Assembly: GCF_018350175.1 (NCBI RefSeq)
Contig: NC_058368.1
Span: 115,136,001 to 115,200,000, forward strand
DNA: 64,000 bases
Source: Felis catus
Lineage: Eukaryota
Direction of reading: 5' to 3'
Numbering within the stretch: the first letter of the stretch is position 1; every line of letters begins with the position of its first letter. Shown one piece after another: positions 39,905 through 52,272 of the stretch. Position numbers and translations under genes: made by a program. The notes beneath the pieces are model-generated. The model was not told the DNA's origin. It worked only from the letters and a program-made list of their open reading frames with translations, and did not search any database.

Positions 39905-40841
39905 TCAAATCCACTTTTTAAAAGCCTAGCTTGACCAACTCCATGTGGTATTATACACTGTCCTCCCTTCCTTTCAATCTCCAGACTGTCTTGCTTATTC
40001 CTTTCTAATGGCACTATCTCTTTATTTTCTCTTAGTCATTTAGGTTCTTGTTACTCATTAAACAGACATTTACTGGCCACTCACAATAGACCAGGTTTTA
40101 GGGAAATTAAGGATAAGACATGGACTCTCCACAATTAAGGCAATCACTGGTCTAGTGACAGAAACAAATCCATAAAATTTTAATACTTGCCAAATTTTCT
40201 CCTGTAGGTTCGATTCCTCTTGAAGTCAGGACATCTTTATATTCCTTACACTGTTAAACAGAGTGTCTGGTACACAGTTAATGTCCACTGTATGTCCCAA
40301 AACAAAAATGAGTGAGCTTTATGGGAAGAAAAGCAAACAATCTCCTCTTTCTGAAATGCAGGGCAGAAGGATGTATTGCTGCAAAGATAGTCTCTAATTT
40401 GGAACCAGGGGAAAATAAAACTTAATTTAAGCATATTTTTAAATGTGTTTTATTTCCACAGTATCACTCCTCAACCCATAAAGAAAATCAAAGAGAGGTA
40501 CAAAGACAATTACACAGACAGAAACAAAGAGCAAGAGATCAAAAGAGAACGGGAGGGAAGCATGGTTTAGTTCTTAACTATTAGTAAAACACACACATCA
40601 GACTTCACTGCAGACTTCTGAGTATTATCACCTCTAATTATAAGCTTTAGTGGATGAAATGTTGGTGACAGCTCTATGACTGCTCTTTATTCTTAACCCT
40701 TCAAGTATTCCAAAGTCCACTAAACAGAAATAAGATAGAGCTTATGGTCAAGAAGGCAACAAGAACAATGTCACCTGAGCCCAGTCGGTGAAGACTCAAA
40801 TTGTATGTGAAATATTTTGTTTGTTTGTTTTCAGATGTTTA

Positions 40842-41051
40842 TTTTTTTTTTTAACATTTATTTTTGAGACAGAGAGAGACCGAGCATGAACGGGGGAGGG
40901 GCAGAGAGAGAGGGAGACGCAGAATCGGAAGCAGGCTCCAGGCTCTGAGCCATCAGCCCAGAGCCCGACGCGGGGCTCGAAGTCACAGACCGCGAGATCG
41001 TGACCCGAGCCGAAGTCGGATGCTCAACCGACTGAGCCACCCAGGTGCCCC
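40842..41051 (-). mobile_element. Young CpG-rich CanSINE inserted in the tail of an older SINE
   Basis: TSD tcagatgtttatttt; many intact CpGs. Confidence 0.93.
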
Positions 41052-41192
41052 TCAGATGTTTATTTTTGAGAGACAGTACATGAGTGGAGAAGGGGAAGAA
41101 AGAGGGAGAGAGAGAATCCCAAGGAGGCTCCACACTGTCAGCAGAGATCCATCCCAACATGGGGCTCGAATTCAAAAACTATGAGATCATGA
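41052..41192 (-). mobile_element. Older CanSINE lacking its 5' head
   Basis: gagagaatcccaaggaggctcc...atgagatcatga, after which homology stops. Confidence 0.82.
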
Positions 41193-41419
41193 GAGCTTTT
41201 AGGCCAATACTGGCAAGGCCAATCAGCAAAAGGCATTCTAAAACAGGTTAAGGATATAAATCAACACTTTTGGGCATTTGGCAACATCTATTAAAACTAT
41301 AACTGTTCGTTTCATTTGACCCAACAGATTCCACTTTTGTATATGTCTCCAAAGGATACATTCACAGAAGTACACAATGATATATGGATAGAATGTTCAT
41401 TACAATATTTTATCAATTG

Positions 41420-41851
41420 TGTTAAAATCAAAAACAAATGGAGACTAGCCTTGAAAATTCCTTGAGCAGGCAAAACCAGTTTAGTCATAAAAACAAAGTG
41501 TAATTTAACTTATTTTCCAAGACTAACTTCACCTGGATCATTTCTTGCTTATGCCTCTGGACGTCATAGCAAAACTGGAAGCTGTTTCCCAAAGTTGATG
41601 AGGTAACCAGTGATCAGTTCCCCATCATTTAGGAAAATTCTAATATTACAACCAGTGTGAAGAATATAGAGTCGCTGCTTTCTCACTATATAAGCTACAT
41701 TATAACAGTACACCCCTGAGCCTCATTCCATGATTTGGTTTGAGTGTTTCCTGTTTGCAAACTGTCTTTTTGGTGTGTGCACAATAAAGTTTTACTAATT
41801 ACTACTTTGATGGTTCACTGGTTTTACCTATGTAATTTCTGAACTCTGACA
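41420..41851 (+). mobile_element. Solo ERV LTR (about 432 bp), family not identified
   Basis: TG...CA termini (tgttaaaat / actctgaca), flanks attg/attc, TATA-like tatataa at about 41687 and aataaa at about 41783, interrupting an old L1 fragment. Confidence 0.7.
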
Positions 41852-43052
41852 ATTCTGAACGAGAAACAATACAAATGTCCATCACAGGGAACTTGCAGCA
41901 TAACACAGCACATTCCTTCAATGGAAGACAAGGAAGAGGGAGACTTGTACTGACATAAAAAGATGACTAAGGCTAAGCAAAAACAAAAAATTGCAAATAT
42001 ATGATTTCATCTTTCTTTTTAAAGAATGTATGATGTTAACATCGCAGCAGCATAGTTTTTTCATCTACCCAAATCCCCACACAAAAACAGACTCAGCGAC
42101 TAGATAGCAAAACCAAACCCATAAACAACATTTACATCAAAACTAAGTGAAAAAATATCTAGGAATCCCAAAACAGAAGCAGATGAAGACAAACCACCAA
42201 ATGACATCAACTCTGAATGGTACCACTCTCTGTATGGGACGATAAAGGAAGCAAGGAGGTGCCTCTTATACTTTACAGAGGAAAACCCCACAGTAATCAA
42301 CAGGTATTCACTAAAAAACACAGTGGGCTGATGGGAGAACAGCAGTTGACCCTAGGAGGGATTTTTCCCAGTCCAATAACAGGCAAGTCCAAGAAACCCA
42401 TGGTTAAGTTCTCAAAGGGGCTAGAGAAATCAGGTCCCAGTGAACTCTGAACTTAATCAACCAGTGCTCTGTATCAGCACAGCGTCCCAAAATAAGACAC
42501 TTTCAGAAGTGGAACCAAAATTAAGCAAAACTGAAACAACAGAAATAAAGGAAAGAGGAGGTCCACATAAAAGTGAGGGAAGAAAACAGAGCAGAGAAAC
42601 CTTATAGAGGAAGCTGCCATGTTTGTGAACACTACATGAAAACAACAGAAGAGGGAGCACTATGAATTTAGAAAAGGTAATTAAAACCATGCTTCTTTCA
42701 AATCCCAAGAAATCTAATCCCACATAAGAATAAGCAACAGAAAAACAATGAGGTCAAATCCTATAAAGACATTAGAAGACCGTAAAAAAAGAATAGGGCT
42801 AACAGTAACATCCCTACAGGTAATGCAAGCAAGTCAGAAAGACATGGCCACCAATAGATCAAAACACGAACTTGCTATTTCAAAATGAGCTAAATACTTT
42901 TTTTTTTTTTAATGAGAGGAGATATTCAAGAACAAAAATAAGAAATGAAGTGCCAAAACTCAAAGAACAATTAGAAATAAAAGAATAATCACAACAGAAA
43001 ATGCCTTAAGATAAATAGAAGGTAAAAGGAGGAATATTTAAAAACCATAAGG

Positions 43053-43248
43053 AGGGGTGCCTGGGTGGCTCAGTTGGGTAAAGTGTCCGACTTCGGCTCA
43101 GGTCCTGATCTCATGGTTCGTGGGTTCAAACCCCACACCAGGCTAGCTTCTGTCAGCAAAGAGCCCACTTCTGATCCTCTGTCCCCTTCTCTCTGCCTCT
43201 CCCTTGCCTGCGGTCTCTCAAAAATAAACATTTAAAAAAAAAAAAAAG
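43053..43248 (+). mobile_element. CanSINE
   Basis: ggggtgcctgggtggctcag head and A-tail. Confidence 0.92.
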
Positions 43249-43259
43249 AACGAGAACAC

Positions 43260-45020
43260 ACACATAATGTTTTCAGCTGTTTTCAGTAATCATATAAGGG
43301 GTGGTAATAATGCCATTCTGAAACTATTATATATATATTATATAAATAAAAGGACACAGAGCAAATGAGTAATTATTAGATATTTTAATTGCACACTCCC
43401 CTGTGTCCTAAAACCAGAATTCTTAGTGTGGAAGGAAAGAGATATGGATTTAATATCAAAGAGGTTAAACAAAATTCCTCTTCTCAAGAATATGAATATC
43501 CATTTGACTGCACGAGGTATATTACCATATATATTTCCTAGCTATTGTCAACAGAAAAGTCTAGAAACAATGATCAACATGATGGCAATGAGCAACCCAA
43601 ATGGCCAAACTGTAGTCTTAAGACACCATCTCCTTTTAAAGGAAACCAGGGCTTTCCTAGAGCAATGGCTGATCTCAGTCCTGAGCAGGACTTAAATAAG
43701 ATGAGCCTAGAATATCTTGTCACACCAGATAGTAAGAAAGCTATCAATAACTGCTAGGGTAACATCAAAAGAGTTTACTTGAAAACTTCAACTGAACAAA
43801 GATGGAATGACTGCAGTTTCAGTAAAAATAATAATTGTAAGGGATTAAAATATACCACATACACTTAAATCCATGAGTTCACAAAGGGAAAAAAAAAAAA
43901 AAAAAAAAACAATCACCTCCAGAGGATGACTAGAAACCAATTCATTATCTTGAAAACTGGTAAGTAAGGAAAAAGAACCAAGCATTTATTCTGACTTTCC
44001 CTTATGAACTGTACTACTGGGTAACCAAATAATATATGAGGGGAAGTGTCTCTATCAAAATAATGTACCTAAAAATAAAAACAAAATGACAGATTTGAAT
44101 ATCAGTATCCTGTAACCCCACGAGAGGCAATCAGACAGTATGTACTTCCTAATACAAGAACCCAAAACTACATATAGTTTTGCCATAGGGACAGAACCTG
44201 AGTCTGATTGAGCCTCTGGATCCAGCTAACGATTTGCAAGAAATACTGAGATCTGAGAGACATGTTAAGCAGCATCATGAGTATGAAATCAGCAAAGTTC
44301 CGTCTGGCAAATGGCCTGAGTTCAACAGACAAATTATAAAGGAAAGACACACAGGAATAACCTGTAGATTCAAAGAAACTTGAAGGACATAACCATTTTT
44401 TTAAAAGGGAAACACTAAAGAGTCTAGGGTGTACACTTAGGTAACATAATATTTTACAAGTGAAGAAGCAATTACTATAAATATCAGGCTAACAGTTACA
44501 TCTGATGCAAGGGAGATATCTTGACTGGGATAGGACACTGGAGGGGCTTCTGAAGTACTTGGTAATGTTCTATTTCTTGCATTGTGTAGGATTTCAAGAG
44601 GGTTCACCTTCTAATAATTAAGCTATATACACTTTTAGTTTTCTGTATCTATATTTAATTTTACAATAAAAAGGGTTTAAAGAAGTGTACACTAATAGGG
44701 GTCCCTGGGTGGCTCAGTTGGTTAAGCGTCCGACTCTTGGCTGCGGCTCAGGTCATGATCTCACGGTTTGTGAGAACCCAGCGTCGGACTCCATGCTGAC
44801 AGTGCAAAGTCTGTTTGGGATTCTCTCTCTGTCCCTCCCTCAGTGCTCTCTCTCAAAATAAATAAATAAACTTCAAAACAAAAAAAGTATACACTAATAT
44901 ATGTTATCTCCGGTGAAGAAATTGAACTTAAAAGGATTTTTACTTCGTACATTATATATTTCTGTAATTATGACTTTATATGAGCATGTATTATAAAATT
45001 AAATAAAAATATATTTTAAA
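43260..45020 (+). mobile_element. Old L1MC-like 3' UTR, interrupted by a SINE
   Basis: gaacctgagtctgattgagcctctggatccagct and ggaggggcttctg...aatgttctatttcttg motifs. Confidence 0.6.
44698..44886 (+). mobile_element. CanSINE
   Basis: TSD aagt(g/a)tacactaata. Confidence 0.92.
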
Positions 45021-45473
45021 AAGGAAAAAGGAGGGAAGCTGGAAAGAACAAACCAACCAACCATTTCATGTCTTTACTATAGAATGGGTTCATTTGGGTT
45101 CCCCTGAAATACACTGTTATACCTGGAATTATCTATAAATTATACACCTACAACATACACACTTTCTAAAAGACAGACGTAATGATGTAGAATACCATAT
45201 AGCCATAATCAAGATGTACTACTCAGACACATTCTAACACATTCTGCTAAACAGAGATAAATCCAATCAATCAAATATAAATTGCATATTTGCAATGAAT
45301 TACCTGACACGTATTTTGTAGGGTTATGGCTTTACAAGAAGGCGGTCCAGAGGGCTGGGAACAAGAAGGAGCATTGCTCAAACACAAACTAACAAGACGC
45401 TGGGTTCAACCTCAGTGTTTTTATCCCCAAATGATCTTTAACAGAGCCCTCACCCAACCAGCCTACGTGCCCT

Positions 45474-45693
45474 CTTTTTTATTTTTTAATTTTTTTTATT
45501 GTTTATTTTTTACAAAGAAAGACAGAGCGTTGAGAGGGGGAAGGGCAGAGAGAGAGAGGGAGACATAGAATCCAAAGCAGGCTCCAGGCCCTGAGCTGTC
45601 AGCACAGAGCCCAACTCAGGGCTCAAACCCACAAGCAGTGAGATCATGACCTGAGCCAAAGCTGGACGCCCAACTGACTGAGCCACCCAGGCG
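45474..45693 (-). mobile_element. CanSINE
   Basis: Reverse SINE ending gagccacccaggcg. Confidence 0.9.
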
Positions 45694-45867
45694 TTTAAGT
45701 AGGGAAATCCAAGAAAAGAAGAGGATGGGAACTCCATAAGGATTTACACACACACTGGCATGGTGGGTGACTTAAGAGTCGAGAGGATTAAAGAGTTTTT
45801 AAAATAGGATTTCCCTTCATCCCCTCTTGCCTTTAGAGCTAAGCATCTCTGAGTTATATTTAGTGTT

Positions 45868-46230
45868 TGTAATGGACTGAATGTTTGTGTCACATGCCTC
45901 CCACCCCCCAATTCATATGTTGAAACCTAATCCCCAATATAACGGTATGTGGAGGCAGGGTCTTTCAGAGGTGATGTCATTTTGAAGGTGGGACCTTGAT
46001 GAGTGGTATTAGTGCCCTTATAAAAGAAACCTCAGGGAGCTCCCTTGTGAGGTGACAAGCAAGAAGAGAGCCATCTGTGTAGAGGATACAAGCTCTCACC
46101 GGACACTGAATCTGCTGGTGCCTTGATCTTAGACTTCCCAGTGTCCACAACTGTGAGAAATAAATTTCTTTCATTCATAAGCCACCAACTCCATGGTATT
46201 TTGTTACAAAAGCCCAAACAGACTAAGACA
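45868..46230 (+). mobile_element. MaLR solo LTR (MLT1A/MST-like)
   Basis: tgtaatggactgaatgtttgtgtc...aattcatatgttgaaacctaatcccc...actgtgagaaataaattt...gactaagaca. Confidence 0.88.
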
Positions 46231-48529
46231 ACGTTTAATGTCCATAATGACTGAAAAGCACAAATCAACAACCAGAGTTTGTGAGCAATATCCACAGAAA
46301 TCTCTGAAAGGGGTTTCTAGACAGAGTTCAGGGCAGTTCTGCCTTGAGGCAGATCGATGGAAACATGACTTTTTAAAAATTTCTGTCCCTTGAACTTTAG
46401 TTTTCCTCTGCAGCAAGAGATATCTCAAAACAAGGTCAGACCAAACTGCTCTACAGAGTAAAAGCAATACTCCAAGGACTCTTCTGAGTGTGTGGAAGCC
46501 ACTGAGAGGCATGCAAATGATAAATGTGCTTAGTTTTTATGCCCAGTCCTACTAACTATACAGAATTGAAATTAGTTTCCTAAAAACCAACTACTCCTGG
46601 ATGCCCTAAGCAGTCCCCACCACTTCCCCTGGCTCTACAGACATCAATAAAAGAGCACATCACAAGGAATAAAACACAATCATAAGATAACGCTACATAA
46701 ATGCTAGTGCATTTATAGGGAATAAATGTCACGGTAAAGCAGGAATATTTATTTTCTGTGAGAGAGAGGGTGATCTTGTGTGTCAACGCCTCATTATGCT
46801 GAATTTATTTTCGTTTTTACAAATCACTGAAATATTTCACATCATCACTTTGGATGGCTATGGATGTCACAGTGACAGAACCTATAGTGACCTTCAACAA
46901 GGTAAAGTTTTCTGACATGTGGACTTCACAGTCTCCTTTATTCTAAGGTTCCATTTTCCTGGAAAAGAGGCATAGTGAAGCATGGAGAACTAGCAGGTTG
47001 TGATTCCCAGCAGGACTTGCCACAGTCAGGTCCATCCATGCTCATGGCCCCTTGGCATTCCAGAGAAACTGGAACCCCAGGTTTCTGCAAGGACCCTAAT
47101 GTCCTGTCATTTAGCCTTCTCTGAAAGTTGGTTAAAAGTGACATAAAGGAAGCAGCTAATTTACAGCACTATTCTTTTAATCTTGGTCAGCCAGATTTTC
47201 ACAGACATCAGTTTATTTCGCTTTGTAATATATTAGACAAAACAACAGTACCGGAGTCAGCTCCAAGGCAGCAACTCACTCTCAGGGGTTCTGCTGACAT
47301 TTATAAACTGATCCTATTTCTCTCTTGTGTTTTATGTTATCAGCTAAACCTGTCAACTTAAATTATTGCCTTGTAACCAAATCAGAGTTATCTATTACCC
47401 TGGTATGTGTACATTTCTGAAGCTTTGTACCTATATCAAGTTTTGCAAGGGTAGAAAACAAGACCATAAATAAACAAATGGAAAAGAGAATATGCTACCA
47501 TTATTTTAGCAACAGAAACTAAAAGTCAAATGCATTACATGGAAAGCCACTAAAATGGCTGAATGTATAGACCTTGCGAACAGCAAAAGCTTGATACTAG
47601 TACAGTTATTTATACACTGTCCCATCCTGTGATCAGTCTCTGGGCTCCAAGCATCTCCATTTGGAAGAGTAAATGATTGTTCCTGGGGCCTGTGACAGGT
47701 GGATGGACATTTTAAAAACTAAGAACATGATGTCAAAAAGGTCAGAATTATAACCACCCCATTATTTCACCAGCACAGTGACTAAGAAACCAATTTCCCT
47801 TCAACTGGTATGGCTAATGGTCACTCTTATTCAAAGACCATTGTGATCCAAAGTGAGCAATCAAAGAGCCTCCAGAAAGAGATCAAAAAGCTACTCCTCT
47901 CTCAGGTCTAATTCTGGTTCTTTAATCATCCTCTCTTCCACATTCTAAAAACAAGTTTTTCAGGAATTCATGTTGCTAAATACATGATATCTTTATGAAC
48001 AAAACACACAAATCCTTCGTTTCCAAAATAACTTCAGAATTACAAAAAGTATAGAAGTGACATATATTTCAACTTCCCCTAAATTTCTATTGTCCAATAC
48101 CCAAGACTTCCTCATTATTTCACATTATTAGATAGTTTACATATATGCTCACAATAGGCATCAGTTAAATGCTCTCCATGACTTTCAATTACAAGCTCAA
48201 AATGGCCAGGGACAGTGATTTTTTAACTTGACTTTTTGTACAGTTCCCAGCATGGCAGCATCTCCCTAGAAAGAACAGTGGCTGACTGCAGGCTCAGTGG
48301 AATGGAGGGAGAATTCTATGACACATAGGAGATGCATAGGCTTAAACAAACAAACAAAAAGATCACCTGAAGGACCACTCATCAAATAGGACTGGTGTTT
48401 CTCTCAGCTCTTATCAGCTTTCATAACTGAAATTCTAACAGTCCTACTGCATGAAAAGGAGGCCAGAATCCCAAGCTACAACAAAACTCCCATCTCCCCA
48501 AACTATTCTTATCTAGACTGGGATTCTAA

Positions 48530-48736
48530 TTTTTTTTAATGTTTATTAATTTTTGAGAGAAACAGAGGATGCAAGTGGGGGAGGGACAGAGAGAGAGGGA
48601 GACACAGAATCTGAAGCAGACTCCAGGCTCTGAGTTGTCAGCACAGAGCCTGATGCAGGGCTTGAACTCATGAACTGCGAGATCATGGCCTGAGCTGAAG
48701 TTGGACACTTAACTGACTGAACCACCCACTCACCCC
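48530..48736 (-). mobile_element. CanSINE
   Basis: TSD ta(g/c)actg(g/t)gattctaat. Confidence 0.9.
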
Positions 48737-49974
48737 TACACTGTGATTCTAATCTAACAATCTTTTTAATTCTCTCTGGGAGCTACTGTTTAATCTCCCT
48801 TTGCTTTTCTTAACAGCTACCACTATCTCCTGAACCCAGAAACTGAGGCTTTGCCACATGTCATGAGGAACTTTCTCCAAAGCCTCCTCTCTGAATAAAC
48901 TTGCACTCAGCCTGAGAGGGCAGAGTGGATGGCACAGTTGTACACGGAGGCACCATATCAGTCACTGATATGCTAGGACTGGAGAGCTATCAGGGAGACA
49001 ATGCAATACCAAAACCCCCTCCCAAATCCTGGTAATCAAATCCCATTGTGAGAGAGTCATCTCTTCAGATCATATCTTCAGCTTATCCTAGGACAAATCA
49101 TATGCTTTAATGCACTTTAGGATGAGGGACTGTCAGGGTAGGAGGAGTGATGTATATGAATGTGCTTTCCATTGTCCTCATTCCCTCTAACACACCACAA
49201 ACAAACTAAAGCACTGAGTAAGGAAGCATGGATCTAGATCTAGCCTTTAGGAAGATTCTGTATGGGCCCAGGGATTCTCTCTCAGTGCAGCGAAGATGTC
49301 CTTCCAGGGTCACTTGTGCAATATGGCTGCGTTTTTCCATGTAAAATTTCACATTCACATTTGGGTACACAACAAACAATTTTTGGTTACTATATTCTCT
49401 CAATCTCTAGTATTTAGCTAACTTTATCCTGACTGAAAAAAAATTACAAAGAATTATAGTGGACAACATTGCAATTGACATAAAAACTTCCCAATCTCTC
49501 ACTGAGGTTTCTCGAGAATTAAGACATCTTTATTTCTAGATCATCTTAACTCTTCTGGAAGCCTTTGGACCTGATTTTCACATTACAGGTCCTGAAAGCC
49601 AACCATCTTCCCACCTTAGCCTCCAGATTTCATCAGACCTACTTTCTCCTGGCCCCCTGGTGAAAAAAGTCAGAGTAGCAGAACAGGGCAAGAATCAACC
49701 TGCAAGGCCATCCACCCACAAGATCGGGTGAAGCCTCTCTGGTGAGAAGCTCAGCCACACAACCTGCATGTCAACTCCTCATCATCCCTAGTGGATGGAA
49801 AACCACTCCCACATGGCACACATACATAAAATGCCAGTCAACAAGAGGCAGAGAACCACACATTGCTGCCAATGGCTTTAGCTAGCAATATCTAGCACTT
49901 TTCATTTGATGACTTTAAATTACAATAAAGCAGCAAAATAATAATCATTAAGCAGCTATTTAAGATTTGGTGTA

Positions 49975-50093
49975 GGAGAAGTATCTGGCTGCCTCAGTCG
50001 GTACAGCATGCAACTCTTGATCTTGGGGCTGTGAGTCGAGCCCCACACTACATACAGAGATTACTTAAAAAGAAAATTAAAAAAAAAAAAAAA
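49975..50093 (+). mobile_element. Short old CanSINE (tRNA-like form lacking the CT region)
   Basis: ctggctgcctcagtcggtacagcatgcaactcttgatcttggggctgtgagtcgagcccc...agagattacttaaaa. Confidence 0.78.
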
Positions 50094-50175
50094 GATAAAG
50101 AGTAGGAGAGGAGGTTGTTTTTCCACATCAGCAGTCAATTAAGGTCAACTAGCATCAGCCATCCGCTTTCTAGAC

Positions 50176-50388
50176 CAGGGCTATTCAATAGAACTTTTGG
50201 TGACGATATAAATGTTCTAAATCCATGTTGTCCACTACAACATACCAGAGTCATACATACACAGATACTGAGCAATGGGAATGTGACTAATGAAACTAAG
50301 GAACTAAATTTTAAATTTCATTTAATATTAATCAATTTAAATTTCAACTGTCACAAGTGGCTAGTGACCATCACATTAAACATCACAT
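50176..50388. mobile_element. MER3-like hAT-Charlie MITE
   Basis: cagggctattcaatagaactttt...gaactaaattttaaatttcatttaat...caagtggctagtg. Confidence 0.7.
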
Positions 50389-51476
50389 AAGTAGGTCTTT
50401 ATTCCACAAATGGCATATCCCTGGACTATTGTGAGGGCCTATTCAAACACTACATGGCCAGCATAAACATAAGCTGGAATCCTGGGGCCTCACAGCAGAG
50501 GCACCTCTAAGGGACTCAAATCTGGTTTAAACACTGAGTACCTGCTGCCAGTTCCAATTCAGGAGACCTTGAGCCAAAGAGTAAGTAAGAGCAGTGACTC
50601 TCCAGAGGAGTCAATAGGAGGCCAGGGATCCATTAGTACTACATGTCTTCTGAGGGCAAGAATTATGGGTAATTCCCCTTTCTTCAGAGCTAACTGTTAT
50701 AACAGATACTTATTCCCTGAAACAAAAATGCTCAAGGGCCATCTCTGTAATTGAAAGGAAGGCTGAGTATAATTGACTGCAAACATAAATAATAGATATA
50801 AACAAGTAGAGAATACCCTGCCTTCCCAAACAATTCAGACAACCCTTTCAGAGATGGAGGGAAAGGGGATGGCAAATAACTTACTAACAAGAGCCAAAGG
50901 TATAATGAACTGGCCTGGATTTCTTTAGTTCAGGTGGTGGCAAAAAGAACTAAATGGAAAATTAAACTCTACTGAATAGCTTCTCACAAGACTAACTGGC
51001 ATCAAAAGGTTCAACAAAGTCATAATAACTTTATTCATTTATAGCCTTGTAGTCTTCTTCCATTTCTGAAATCTGAGTGAATTCTCTCCATTAGCAAATG
51101 GGCACTGTCTACACCCACATTTTCCAATGACTTTCTTCTTCCACATGCCAACCTCAAAGTCCCAAGAAGAGAAAAACCAAAGGAAAGAGATATGAAAATG
51201 TGGAATTTCTACTTTCTCTCACATAGCTACAAATACTACATTACACTTATGATCTCAAACACAAGAATTTCTTAGGTAACTAAAGACTACCATCTTCAGT
51301 GCGGGATTAGGGGAGAGAAGGAGTTAACGTGTGTTATTGCACGTGGCAATAGATTGTGTATGATGGCTGCATCTCCAAATAAAGCTATACATAAACACAA
51401 AATTTGCTGGGTACACATTTTACCACCCACTGGACAAACTAATGAAAAGAGTTAAACAATTCATTAGTTTTTTTTA

Positions 51477-51680
51477 GGGCACCTGGGTGGCTCAGTCAGT
51501 TAAATGTCCAGCTTTGACTCAGGCCATGATCTCACAGTTCGTGGGTTTGGGCCCCACATCGGGCTGTGTGCTGACAGCTACGAGCCTGGAACCTGGAGCC
51601 TGCTTTGGATTCTGTGTCCCCCTCTCTCTGTTCCTCCCCGACTGACACTCTCTTTCAAAAATAAACAAACATTAAAAAAA
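51477..51680 (+). mobile_element. CanSINE
   Basis: gggcacctgggtggctcag head. Confidence 0.92.
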
Positions 51681-51682
51681 TT

Positions 51683-51908
51683 GGGGGGGGGTGGCGCCTC
51701 GGTGGCTCAGTCGGTTGAGTATCTGACTTTGGCTCAGGTCATGATCTCGTGGTTTGTGGGTTCGGGCCCCGCATTGGGCTCCGTGCTGACAGCTTGCTAA
51801 GAGCCTGGAGCCTCCTTCGGATTGTGTCTCCTCCTCTCTCTGCCCCTCCCATGCTCATGCTCTGTTTCTCTCTGTCTCTCAATAATAAATTTTTTTTTTT
51901 TAATTTTT
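51683..51908 (+). mobile_element. CanSINE in tandem
   Basis: Second head ggcgcctcggtggctcagtcgg directly after the first tail. Confidence 0.92.
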
Positions 51909-52253
51909 AACAAGTCAACATGTGTCCATTCATTTTCACATTACCACAATACATACAGTAGGATCACAAACGGTTCATTCCTGGTAAAGAACCCTAGGCT
52001 AAGGTTGTCTTAAAGATGAAATGTTGACTCATTAAGCTGTACCAAGTCCTAGTGCTCAAGTCCCTGCTAAAATCAACCTAATATAAGCACACATATGAGG
52101 AAGGCAATCTAAAGGACAGGTTCCTTATCCCTTCTGCTAAGGGGATTGTATATTGTATCCTAGTTAAAACAGAACAATGTTCACTAGATTTGTCCCCTAC
52201 AGTACTTCTTGTATGCCCTCAAATTTTGTTCAAAGTCTACAGAAGGAACAGAC

Positions 52254-52272
52254 GGGGGGGGGGGGGGGGGGG
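52254..52272. repeat. Poly-G run (19 nt)
   Basis: Uninterrupted G homopolymer. Confidence 0.9.

Noticed and set aside
49975..50093. tRNA-like sequence with A/B boxes
   Set aside because: It is a short CanSINE with an A-tail, not a cloverleaf tRNA gene; the same applies to the other SINE heads.
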